Position numbers and translations under genes: made by a program
Origin: Antedon mediterranea
Taxonomy: Eukaryota > Animalia > Echinodermata
Length of the DNA stretch: 64,000 nucleotides
Assembly: GCF_964355755.1 (NCBI RefSeq)
Contig: NC_092672.1
Span: 35,842,437 to 35,906,436 of the forward strand
Direction: 5' to 3'
Shown here: one piece after another, positions 1 through 11,839 of the stretch
Layout: every line of letters begins with the position of its first letter
Position numbering within the stretch: the stretch's first letter is position 1
The notes under the pieces: generated by a model
The model's input: only the letters and a program-made list of their open reading frames with translations
Databases searched by the model: none
Told to the model about the DNA's origin: nothing

Positions 1-1159
1 CTGTTGAAGATTTCAGAAAGACAGACATAGATAGAATAGAGATTGAAATATTAATATATTTGAAACCAGAATCATATATGGAATGAAAAATATCTATTTA
101 TTTTAGTCCTAGTTAATCTTTAAATTAAAAATAACGACTTTTATTAACTATATATTACCAATGCAATGCTTACAATACCATATACCGGGATCGCTATACC
201 ATACTTACTTCTAGGCCTAATTACATTACAAAGGCAGTGAATGATGTCTGGGTTGTGTGCTCCTCCAATCACGGATTTCCCCGGTCACAGAAAGTGACAC
301 ACACTGGCCTGGCTGTTTGGATTTCTATTTTAAACAACATTTTTCTAGGCCGTTGTCATGAACAATAAATAGGCTGACCTACCACATTTCAAAGTTTGAT
401 TCCAGGGCTTTCACAGTTGAATTAATTCATCTAGGACCCATAAAATGGCTTTTGTTTTTTCTTTTATTCTCTCCCTCACACATGTTCTTATGGCCGTTCT
501 TCAAAATCGACTCAAAATCAAAAACGTGATTTTAAATTATCATAACAAAAGCAAGAGCCCCCAACGGCCACTCATTACTAAGCACTCAGAGATCTTTGCT
601 TGGAGTAAAAATGCTAATACCATGCTCAGGTACCGAAGAAATTTAATTTTGTATACATACTATCCTATTTCTGTTCTTGATTATTAAATTAGTCATCAAT
701 TACCAAAACCGGGCTGTCAATCAAAGCAAATTGCGTTGGAAAATGGTTTTCTCTCTGAAAAAATGCACGCCACGCAAACGTCATTAGGCCTACGTGTGCG
801 TTTTTGTTTTTTGCGTTCAATTCAATTCTATTCAACTTCATTTAACCACGGAGGAGGCCCAGATCAACACATGGTTGTTCTTCCCTGGAGCCGTGCACTG
901 AAAGAAAATACAAATACAATTTCAACAATGTTTTTACAATATTATGTACAGTAGGCCTACAGGATATAAATATATTTAAACGTTTTAATAAAGGGTATAG
1001 GCCTATGATTTCTATATCATGATCATGGATGAGATTTGTTAGATCAGGATTGTATATTTGTGTTGCATATATAGAGTTAAGTAGAAGAGTATCTAATCTA
1101 CTATATTATAGTAGTAGTCTATTTTCTTACCCGCCATCAATGTCGTACCGTGCCTGGTA

Positions 1160-1334
1160 TTTTGGCGCGGAAAATTAAGTCAACGTTTGCACCCACTGAG
1201 CAAAAGTGAAATATCTAACTGGAGAGGGCAGTACAATAAGTTAAATTTCCACGCGACGTGTTTATGTAACTTCCGGGTTTTCTTCGATACTGACCAATCA
1301 CAGGCTTCGAAATAAATCTAGTCGGGGCATGATA
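1160..1334 (+). promoter_or_regulatory. PPM1D proximal promoter with E2F, ETS, CCAAT and p53-like motifs
   Basis: CpG-retaining region. TTTGGCGCGGAAA (E2F) ~1161-1173, ACTTCCGGG (ETS) ~1269, CCAAT ~1294, abutting p53-like half sites AATCTAGTCG/GGGCATGATA 1315-1334. Motif matches only. Confidence 0.55.
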
Positions 1335-1440
1335 TAAGTCATCGTAAAAGAACGAAAAGAAGAAAACGGCGGGTTAATGCAATTGCTAGCTGATGTGTGT
1401 TTGAGGCCTAATATTTTAATTACTAAAAACACCTACCAAT

Positions 1441-4400
1441 ATGACCGAAGAAGACAATTTACTGACGGGTTTACGTTTCCGAGTATCAAATGCTTCAGAT
1501 CAAGGGGGTAGAAATTACATGGAAGATGTAGTATGTGAGCATTTCGAAAAAACAGAGGCGGCAGACATTGCATGTTTTGCTGTTTTTGATGGTCATGGCG
1601 GACGGGAAGCGGCTGTTTACGCGCGAGATCATCTGTGGAAGAACATCAAGAACCAGCCTGGTTTCCTTTCATTCGACGAAAAGCAAACTAAAAAAGCAAT
1701 AAAAGATGGATTCGCAATAACACAGAATGATATGTGGAAGTTCAGAGGTATTTAATTTAGAAAAAAAATGTTTTTAAAGATTTTTCAATAAATAGGCTAA
1801 AGTAAAAGAAAAATTAGGCCCTACAAAATGTTTTTATTTTATTAAAATAAAACTGATTGTTTGTCTAGGCCCCTAGTAGTAGGCCTAGGCTATGATGACT
1901 AGGCCTAGGTAGGCCTAGTAGAGGCCTATCCTAGCTTATTAATTAGGCCTACAACTATGCCTAGGCCCTACCCTAGTCTCTTCTATGTATAGGCCTAGTA
2001 GGCCTCTCCTTATAGTAGGCCTCTCCTAATAGTAGCCTGGGTCAAGGGTGGGTAAGAGGCCTACAATTAATTGCCTAGGCCTAACTAATAGTAATGTATA
2101 AAATTTAAGTTGATCACCACATAGGATTAAGATTAAAAACATGTTTAAAAGGCTGGTAAAACAAAGACGGCCCCTATGTCACATGTGACATTTTTTATTC
2201 AGTTAAAAAAGGACGTAATAATTAAGAATAATAATAATATAATATGACCATACAACATGCATTCTGTAAATGTAATATCAATGACATTTGTCATGTTTTA
2301 AAGCGGTCTTGTTTTTATAATAAAGCAAATTTCTGTATGGAACACCGCAGCAGTGCTAGCTAAAGAACAGCCAAATTAGGCAATAATGAGTAAATACTAA
2401 AATTGGCCTATGCCTTGTACGGTACCCAATAATATAATAATACGGGAAAACCGTGAGTGAGTAAAAATCAATCGTCAATCAAAACCGTATATGCCGTCGG
2501 TCCATACAAAATATCGGAAATTGATTTTATCGCATCCAAAAACCTTCAAATATTACACCAATGTAAAAAGTACCAAAACCTATTTTTGTATGACATGTCA
2601 AATCATGTCTGTTTAGTTATTTTAATCTTAGAGCTATTTATAATTTATGTACATTGTGGTTTGTGTATTACCACTTGGCTACAACCAAGGTTCGTAGAAG
2701 GTACATGTCCAGACAGGCATAAATACTGTAATTGGTATGAAGTCTGTGGTACTATTGTTACCATTACAGGATATTTTTCGTCACTACTGTGCTTTCTACC
2801 TTTTGATGAGTAAATGGCATACATTTCAATTTAGATTTTCAATATCTCCTGTACTTTATTTTAATCAAATAATCTAATATTAATACAGTCAACTCCCCAA
2901 TACTGGACACCTTTGGGCTGGCCAAATATGTCTGGTTTTCCCAAAAAGACTTGTATTCAGAATGCGTTTTTAATGGTAAAAAACGAATTTGGGACCTTTT
3001 TGACGCCGAAAAAAGTCTGGTATTGGGGAGAGTCGACTGTATTTAATTATCATAATTCTAGTGTAGTGTTGTAAATTTACATATTTTTGAATGATTTGTT
3101 TACTTTTTGTTTGTATTACAATTCCCAGAAGATTACACAGAGCAAATATTTTTTTTTTACAGCGGGCTGGAAAAAGACCTCATCCGGGTATGCTAGCACT
3201 GCTGGTACAACCTGTAGTATGGCCATTATAATTGGCATAAAGATGTACATTGCTCACGTCGGTGACTCTGGAATTGTCATGGGATTTGATGATGAAGGAA
3301 TGATCAACTACAAGGTTCTAACGACCGAACACAAACCGGATTCAAGAACAGAGCGAAAACGGATCGAGCAAGATGGCGGACTTGTAATGCCGAAGAATGG
3401 CGTTAACCGCGTTGTTTGGAAACGGCCAAAAATATGGCATCAGGGGCCTGTACGACGAAGTACTAACATTGATTGTATACCATTCTTAGCTGTTGCGAGA
3501 TCTCTCGGTAAATATTTGGCGACTTACTTTATGTCTGTGCATTCTAAAATTTCAGATTGCACGGTTATAAGTTTAATTCCAGTTAATTTACTACCCACAA
3601 ATAGGTTGGAAGAACTTTATATAGCCTACTGAATCATCAGGCCTTGTCTTTTAAGGCGAGCGAGTGCGATCACTCACCTAACATAACACACTCCTAAACT
3701 GCCCTTGAAGAGTGCGATTTACAATATGCTTAAATTTGGTAAACTTCAACACACCAAAATACAAACAGCACACATACAGCATCCCTGAATATATTGAGGA
3801 GTGGAATTTTTAGCACACCTATAATTTTCAAAAGACAAGGCCTGAATCATACAACACGAACATTAAAAGATTAGGAAAAACAATGTGAAATAATATCAGG
3901 GCATCACGTATGCAAAACCCAGGAGAGCAACAAATCGCTCTCCTCAAATCACCGAGGAGAGCAATTCGCTCTCCTTGCAAAAATTTTAAATCGCTCTCCT
4001 CAAATATTTATGTTGAAGTTGAAGGATGGTCGCCCTTATTAAAAATAGCTGGCCCTTATTAATTTTTTGTACACATTTTTTTGCTCTCCTTTTCGAAGGT
4101 TGTTGATTGCGATCGCGCTCGCGATCCTTAAAAACGAGGGACTGCCATTAGGCTTGTAGCTTTATAACTTAGCTTATATATTATTAGCCTAGGCCTAGAT
4201 TGGTTTAACTTTTAAAAATCCACGTGTTTTTAGGCCTCTTGACAGAAAAATCAACACTGTCAAAAGCTAGGCTCTATTTTGAAAATTAAGGAGCGCGATA
4301 AATTGCTCTCCTCGAAGCCTGTTGAGGAGCGCGGAGGAGCGCGGTCGCGCAGGCGCTCCTTATAAATGATGCCCTGTAATATATTTTAAAATAATTTATT

Positions 4401-7400
4401 TTCAGGTGATCTATGGAGCTATAACTTTGAGTCTAAAAAATACATAATATCTCCAGAGCCGGATATAGATGTACTAACCCTTGACCCGTACGAGCACAAG
4501 TTTTTCATAATCGGAAGTGACGGTCTATGGAACATGATGAGACCAGGGCCATCTGTCGATATAATCGCAGATTATGAAAGAAACCGTATTCTAAAGGTAA
4601 GTTGTTCTTGTGGCAACTTAAAAATGTTGACAGCAACATAGATTAAATCTTGAAATAATTTATTTGTATCTTAATATCTTTTTTTTGAGAGATTGTAAGT
4701 ACCATTTTTAGTACATTCAATCGATTGGATCAACAAAAAAGAAAAATTATCTTCTGAAGCTCTGTCTACACTTCTACAAACTAGTTTGACAAAAAAAAGT
4801 GTGATGTTCCCAAATATGGTAGTGATATGATATCATCATGTCCATATATGGGCACATCACATTTTTTTTTCACATAAAGTTTGATGTTTGATGTAGACAG
4901 AGCTTAAGCTAGATTAAATTAAATGTTATGTTAATAAATTTATTAGTAATTTCAACATTTTCAAGATTGCAGTGAGATTTTTGTCCTTGCGATTATGGTG
5001 CCTTATATCAGGCCTCGAATTTGGGGATTTTAGGGGCAAGGCCATTTGGCCTCCGGTTTTCATTGATTTGAGGGGCACCAAGGCCAAATGGGAGGGCACC
5101 AAGGCCATTTGTTTTAAATCGAAGGGGCACCAAGGCCAAAATTAAAAAATATTTTAATAACTAGGCCAAAATTTAAAAATAGCTTGTTTCCGGTTGAGCG
5201 CCCGGGTGGAATTTTTTTCAAAAAAAAAAAATTCTACCCGCAAACATTTTTGGGGAATTTCCCCTATTCATCAGATTGCGTAGTAGTAGTAGTAGGAGAG
5301 GACTGTCTACATCTTTTTGTATTTCATTATATATAAATATTACGTGTATTTACGATCCATATAAATAATAATTATTAAGGTACGATGTTTAGCGTTCACA
5401 GTTGTTTCGTTTAGTTTCAAACAATGCGATCAAAAAAAGGCATGTGAAGCCAGGCCCAACGGGTAAAGACCCTAACAACAGCAAGCACTTAGCAGCACTA
5501 AGGCGCAGCGGACGGAGAACACAGGTTACAAAAACAATTTGTTTGTAGGCCTTAACTACAACTATTCATACACAGAGTGTTAACCACGGTAAAAATCAAG
5601 CCAATGACATTATGTTGTAGAATATAAATTGTTGTTATTTTCCGAGTTTCGATTTCTGAAGCTTTTTTGTTAGTATAATCCATATTCATAAGAATTCAAA
5701 ACACGGACGGACGGACGCCGACCCTTCTCTCTCTCTGTTTAGCCTTCTGCACGTGTATTGTGGACTATACCATTTCCTTGAGTTCGGTAAAAACGCGTTT
5801 GTTAATTTAGTGTACGACGTCGTTAAACAAGATTTTTCGATGATCTGTCGGCTGGATTATTGAGGTGGGTGCGATAAAATATAAATATAATATACTTCCA
5901 ACGATCTTCGGGTTGAGGTACCGGTTTAACTTTAGTACTAAAAGTTGACACCCCTAATTTTACACGTATAATGGAATGGACTACACCATGCAGGAACGCA
6001 CATGGTATTTTCATATCAGAGGGTGCGTGTACGTCAAAAGGAATTGTTTTTCCAACGACCGATCCTTCGTACTCACACACGTACGACGACGTGTGAAATT
6101 TCTTATCAGAGGTTGCGTGTGCGTCAAATGGAATTGTTTTCCCAATGTATTGAATCGCGTGTGTTTGTTGATCGGATCGGCGGCGGGAGGATAGGCTGGC
6201 TAGGAGTGCGTGTAATTTTTTTTTCAACGAAGGCGGCTAGCTCGATTATTGAGGCGGGGGTGGTGCGACTTTAATACTTTCAGTGACCTCCGATCGAGGA
6301 ACGTTTTTAGCTTTATTATTAAAAGTGTACACCCCTGTATTTTAATGTACTATCTATACCATTATTTACCACGCACGGCGGCCGGGACGATATTGTTTTG
6401 GTTATATAAATATGTTCGATGTTTTCTCTAAATGCGTTTAGGGAAATCCCCTTGCAACGAAGACAGGCGATAGTTTTGCGTCTCGTCCGATATTCTTGAC
6501 ATTATTTTCTATCTACTTCAGTGGTTTTTATTGTGGTAAAACTCGGGAAGGGCACTCACGGCCAACGCAAAAAAAAGGGCAGGCCAGTAGTGGCCGTGGG
6601 TGCTATTAATTTTCGAGGGCATTGAGGCCAACTGGGAGGGCACCGACGGCACTGGCCGCGGTGGCCGCGGTAAAATTCGAGGCCTGTTATATTCACACAT
6701 GCTAGTGGTGCAATATCATAGTGGAAGAAAGAAACTTCTAAATAGCTCCAAACATTCATAATTTCATTTAACTTTTCAGAAGGGTGAATATACGTACACA
6801 GCCTCATATGTAATAGTGAAATATGCCATCAAGCAGTGGAACGTTCGCTGTCTGAGAGCAGACAACACGACATCGATCGTAGTATTTATTGATCCAATGG
6901 ATACTGTAGAAAAACCATCGACAGAAGCTGGGAGATTCTACAGGGGAACAGGTGCCCCTTGGACCAGCTTGTACTCAGATATTGAAAAAGTTGGTTATAT
7001 TTATCACAGACCGAGTGTCGAAAAAGTGATGAACCAATCATTGGTTAATGGGAACGATGATACCCCTACTAAACCATCACTAAAACGGAGCTACGCATTT
7101 AGGTCAGATCCTCCGTTAGAACTGAGTCCAAAGAGGTCGAAAATGACATACTTGGGTCTGATATGTACAACATGTTGTGGGTACAAGCTGATGGAAGAAG
7201 ACAAGATGGAGGTGGAAAAAAAACTATCTAAGAAAAAGATGAAGAGACAGCCTGCCGGTACTGTCGTTAATGGCGTCATTAAAATGGTGGTGCCTATGTG
7301 CGTTACCAAGGTAATCATTCCAAAGAACTACAGAAGCCCCGCGGGTTATAGATATCCAAACCGCCGCTGTTACGGTGAGAAGGCATACGCAAAGAAGAAA

Positions 7401-7877
7401 GCAAAACGACGAGAGGAAGAAGAAAAAAATGCCATCAGTTTCTGGCCTAAAATCATCATACCGACAAAATACAAAACACCTGGGTCTAATGGGAAACCAG
7501 TAAAAAGACGATGTTTTAGTGAAGAACCTGTGGTAACTACGAAAATACTAAGCATAACTACACCTAAAGATGAGTTAAACTTGAGCTTGAATTCATCAGA
7601 TGTAGACCAAACAAAAGAAACGCGTGTACCACTTGCGGTAAAGCGCTTAAAAACAGAACCGAACAATCTACCTGAAACTCCAAAGAATAGTCGAAAAGCC
7701 TGTGGAAAAGTGTCGCCTACGTCGTATTCTCTGCGTAGAAGGTCAGATACGGATTTGATTTGTCGTAAAATGGTAACACGAGCACGTAGCAAGGTCGTTC
7801 CTCGTGTCAAGGAAACACGAAGCAAGACGAAGGTGTCGGCAAACAAAATTAAGAAGACTAGAGTGTCTACAAGTTGA
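1441..7877 (+). CDS. PPM1D: Protein phosphatase 1D (Wip1), PP2C/PPM family; 4 coding exons, ~646 aa
   Basis: Exons 1441-1747, 3163-3507, 4406-4596, 6780-7877; all GT-AG and phase-consistent (1941 nt). PP2C motifs GGRNYMED, FDGHGG, AHVGDSG, EHKP, LAVARSLGD, GSDGLW, RADNTT. Wip1-type basic loop VWKRPKIWHQGPVRRSTNIDCIPF; long K/R-rich C-terminal tail. Confidence 0.95.
2886..3039. mobile_element. Tc1/mariner-pogo-like MITE
   Basis: TA|CAGTCAACTCCCCAATAC ... GTATTGGGGAGAGTCGACTG|TA; related decayed copy ~58470-58612. Confidence 0.7.
3638..3844. mobile_element. hAT-like MITE with 6-bp TSD (AATCAT)
   Basis: 15-bp TIR CAGGCCTTGTCTTTT/AAAAGACAAGGCCTG; AATCAT on both flanks (3632-3637, 3845-3850). 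Confidence 0.85.
3897..4376. mobile_element. hAT-like MITE with 6-bp TSD (TAATAT)
   Basis: TIR CAGGGCATCA/TGATGCCCTG; TAATAT on both flanks; subterminal GGAGAGC/GCTCTCC repeats. Confidence 0.85.
5009..6686. mobile_element. 1.7-kb non-autonomous hAT-like DNA transposon with 6-bp TSD (TTATAT)
   Basis: TIR CAGGCCTCGAATTT/AAATTCGAGGCCTG; TTATAT at 5003-5008 and 6687-6692; subterminal GGGCACC/GGCC repeats; CpG-rich; no transposase recognised. Confidence 0.85.
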
Positions 7878-7927
7878 TTACAAGAAAATCACCAATGAGC
7901 ACTCTTGTAGCATGCGTGTTTTAACCA

Positions 7928-8232
7928 AAGCCTGGTTTCTATAGATACTTGTTATTTAAACTCACTGATTCAAACAAAAAAATGTTGTATTCAACGATGA
8001 AATACAGGTCTACTTTATTGTGAAAATCTTACAATTTGTAGGCACCATTTCTAATCCATTCTGGGTAATTTAAAAATTAAATAATTTATTAATTGATTTA
8101 AAAAAAGTTAATATTACCAATTGATTATAAATTATACTAAATGAATTTGTCTAGCAGTGGTATAACCATGATTATAACCCAATTATAAATAAATACAATT
8201 TGAAATAAAAAGTTTTATAAAAACCAGGCTTT
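7928..8232. mobile_element. Decayed MITE-like element in PPM1D 3' UTR region
   Basis: Imperfect inverted ends AAAGCCTGGTTTCTATAGA / TTTTATAAAAACCAGGCTTT. Confidence 0.4.
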
Positions 8233-9273
8233 CAAATTGTGAAAGGTTTTTGAAAAAAGGTAATTTCCAAAACGATTTCATTCCACAAATTGATTTTAAA
8301 CATTCAATTGTGCCATTTTACTAATTAAAACAATTAATATTTTATGGATTTTAATGTTTTAAAAACATAAATGTATTATTTTCTGCAAACTTTTGGTGTA
8401 TTATTTTAAAATGTATAATAATTATAGATATTTTAAGTTGATCATCTTTAGTGCTTCCCTATTTAATTTCAAGTTAGGTTATTTGTTTGTTTTTGAATGT
8501 TCACTTTTACTTTTAGCTTTTAATTTAATCTGGTTGTTATTGTATTGTGTTTATATTTTATTATTTCAATTTCTGAATTCCTTCCAATGATAAATCAGGG
8601 AAATATACAGTACTGGCGATAAACAATTTAAATATGTACTGTACATTGAATCATAAACTATCCACAAAAAAAAAAGAATTTGAATGAGCTGTTAACGAAG
8701 ATTGATTGCACTGTATTATATTTTCAATTAATACATCTAGTAATTTTCTCTTTATTGCATGTGTCAAAATCCAAAATTGATTATAAAGGCTAATAATACC
8801 ATACAAGCATTGGTCTAAAATCGTTTATATTTTATGAAAACAAACATTGATTGTACTGTTTTATATTTTCAATCTTTATCATTTAAGACATCTAGTAATT
8901 TGCTCTTCATTGTGTTTGTCACAATCCAAAATTCATTTTAGGTATTCTCATTGGTCTAAAATCATTTATTTTATGAAAGCAAACATTGGCTTAAATGTCG
9001 TATATTTTTGTTCTGAAAGGAATTGCTGCTCATCAGTGTACACTGGAGTATATAATAGATAATTTGAATATGCCTCAAGTTAGTACAGTAATGCTAATAA
9101 TAATTCTCGATATATTCATTATTGATGTACAGTAATATTTTAATTACAATGATGTACATTAAGAGTTTAAATAAATTTGTAATACAATGTAAAAATCTTA
9201 ATTCTGTGATGTTAAACTGGTTTTGAATAGAAATTATTTTTGTATGCTATATCATTGTTTATGGTTGCCTGTA

Positions 9274-9331
9274 GTATTGTACTACCAGGGAAGAGTTAAA
9301 TTAATTTAACTCTTCCCTGGTAGTACAATAC
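9274..9331. repeat. Perfect 58-bp palindrome
   Basis: GTATTGTACTACCAGGGAAGAGTTAAATT followed directly by its exact reverse complement. Confidence 0.9.
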
Positions 9332-9410
9332 CAATAGTTTTTACAATTTTGATGTTAATGATATTTACATGAATTGCATTCAAATTAATACTGGTAAGAG
9401 TGACTTTTAC

Positions 9411-9730
9411 AGAGTGGCCGAGCGGTTAAGACAGTGGAACCGTAATTACCTAGCCATAACATTGGCAGGGGTTCGAGGCTCACTCACTCCATGGTTCTGG
9501 TGGTAGAACGAGTCTTCTCGGATAAGGACTATATAACCGTAGGTCCAGTGTGCACATCTAGCTCGTGTGCACTTTAAAAGAACCTAGTACATCTTTCGAG
9601 ACGAGTAGGGGGTTACCCCGGTGTATTAGTACATCACAGCCACTGATCACCAACTGGGCCCTCTGGGAGACCAGTCATTGACTGAAGAGGTTACCCAGTA
9701 TAAATATATATTTCAATTCAATTTCAATTT
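9411..9730 (+). mobile_element. tRNA-derived SINE with Deu/Nin-like central domain
   Basis: A-box TGGCCGAGCGG, B-box-like GGTTCGAGGCT, core TCTCGGATAAGGACTATATAACCGTAGGTCC...GCACTTTAAAAGAACC, 3' (TTCAA)n-type tail. Domain assignment from recalled consensus. Confidence 0.75.
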
Positions 9731-10979
9731 ACACCATTTTTTATCGATAGCTTAAGAGTGACATAAAAATACTATACTATAACATTCATTGAATCTCATA
9801 GGTTATCAATGTTGTATATTTTAGAGTAGTGTTCTAATAAATCCATATATTCTGCACTACATAAAGAGATAAAAACTCCCGCTCCCCTCTCCTGGAAAAT
9901 GTTTGTTGTTTATCAGATTTTCAATCTCCACACCTTTTTTTTTATAGATAAATTAATCATGTTGTTTTACAATTAAATTTACTAATAAATCAACAGCAAG
10001 GTAGCTTGATGTTCACCTAATATAGGTCAAACATCATTAGTTAGCTGAGCAAGCTACCTTGGGTGACTACAAATAAACCTCCTTACTGTTTAATAACCAT
10101 CGGGGTCATTACACCAGTTTTCGGCAGTGTAATTGTTAGTAACATTTAAACATATTTAGGTTTGTTTACTGAAAATGTTTTTTAACTTGCATAAAAATAT
10201 TTATTTTATGTTCACCAATTAATTAAAAAAATCCATGTACTTAATACATTTTTACTATGTTATGAATGTTACCCACTGGATCTGACCTATGACCTGTCAG
10301 TAAATGGGGGAGGGAGTGGTAACAGGTAATTGGATGTGATTTGTAATGATCATATTTTTGTTGTTTTTAACAGATTCCATCAGATTTTGTACAAATTTCT
10401 AATGTTTTATATAATTCCTGATTTAATAATTATAAATCAGACTTGGTTAAAGTATAAAATGTAGCTTTGTCATCAATTTGATTAAAATAATGATGATAAA
10501 GAAAATCTTTTGTTGTGTTTGTATTTTCTTGGGTTATGCTGAAACAAACTCTTTCACGGGTCTGTAACCAGCCCAGTCTTCTTGAGTGCTACATTTTACA
10601 AGCTGTAAAACACAAATATTCAGTCACAAATGAAAAATAACCAGGAGTGAAAATAGGCTGAACCCCCAACAGATTCTGCTGCACTCATTGCATAAGGTTG
10701 ACCTTATATTGACTATTGGCTGCTGCTGCATCATTATGTTCATATGTGGGCACCTCACATTTTTTGTCACATAAAGTTTGACAGAGCTTTAAGCCCAGGA
10801 GGAAAATGATTATACTGTGTATTAAACATGAAAAAATAACATCAATCGGTCGTTTTATGCGAATGTAAAATCGGAGTACAAACATAGAATGTACAGCTGA
10901 GCCACTGTCGCACACAAGACAGTTATCATAACTCATCATGAGGGCCCCTTTATAAATAAGGTTTAATAACCATGCTTAA

Positions 10980-11547
10980 AGCTCAGGTACAGGCATGAAT
11001 TTTAAATATAATATTTGGTTAATTGTACATAAATCAAATATTTGTAACAGAAATCGGACGAAAAAACAAGAATTTCCCTTAATATGGGCAAATACAAAAT
11101 TTGGAAAAATTCTTCCATAAAAACCAGGTAGACTTTTTTTCAGTAGTTAACCTAATGTAATAACATGTCGGGTGACTCCCTAGACGGTGAAAAAAGATGG
11201 TGGATATACGGTGGATAATTTTTGCTATAGCATGAAAATAAAAATCTGAAGTTGAATAAAAATATCAGAAATGTAATATTCAAGTTATATTACCTATATT
11301 TAGTCATCTGATAACATTTTTTACCACACCATTTATTTTTCATAGCTTCTTAAAATGCCTCGCTATTTACAAAATTTGTGTACAAAAGAATAGAGATTTT
11401 ACTGTGTAATTTGAACTATCTCCCCACTGATAAGAAAGTTCGTGTAACACAAATAAAATCCCAAAAATTATGAAACATAGGGGAAACTATAGATCGATAA
11501 TTATTGGAATGTATGATCAATAGAAATTTTTTGCCCGCACCTGACCT
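10980..11547. mobile_element. Kolobok-like non-autonomous DNA transposon (TTAA TSD)
   Basis: TTAA|AGCTCAGGTACAGGCATGAATTT ... AAATTTTTTGCCCGCACCTGACCT|TTAA; imperfect TIRs with AG/CT termini. Confidence 0.6.
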
Positions 11548-11839
11548 TTAAGCTGTAGCAAGAATGACAATAATGCAATATCTCTTCAAAATAAGTTATT
11601 CTCATGATATAATTTAATACAAAAAAAGCTTCCAGAAATATACATTTGACATAAATCATGCATTTAATTTAACTTGTCATCACCATACCCCGTTTGGAAG
11701 GGGATTCCCAATGTTGGTGAAATCCTTGAATCCCAAGATGCTTTCATTCAAATGGTTACATATTCAGTTGTGCATCATTGAGTTGTACATAATTGCCGAT
11801 AAAATAATGTGTGTACATATATTTTATAGTGTAGAGTCT

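Noticed and set aside
5237-5280. Minus-strand hammerhead-like string (CTGATGA..GGGAAATTCCCC-AAAA)
   Set aside because: No GAAA and no proper stem III or cleavage triplet; likely chance within a DNA transposon.
5823-6431. ORFs inside the 1.7-kb hAT-like element
   Set aside because: Short, overlapping, derived from an internal direct repeat; no hAT transposase motifs.
7091-7846. Antisense ORFs over the PPM1D last exon
   Set aside because: Shadow frames of a real coding exon.
9411-9500. tRNA gene
   Set aside because: A/B boxes are present but there is no convincing cloverleaf; it continues into a SINE body and tail.
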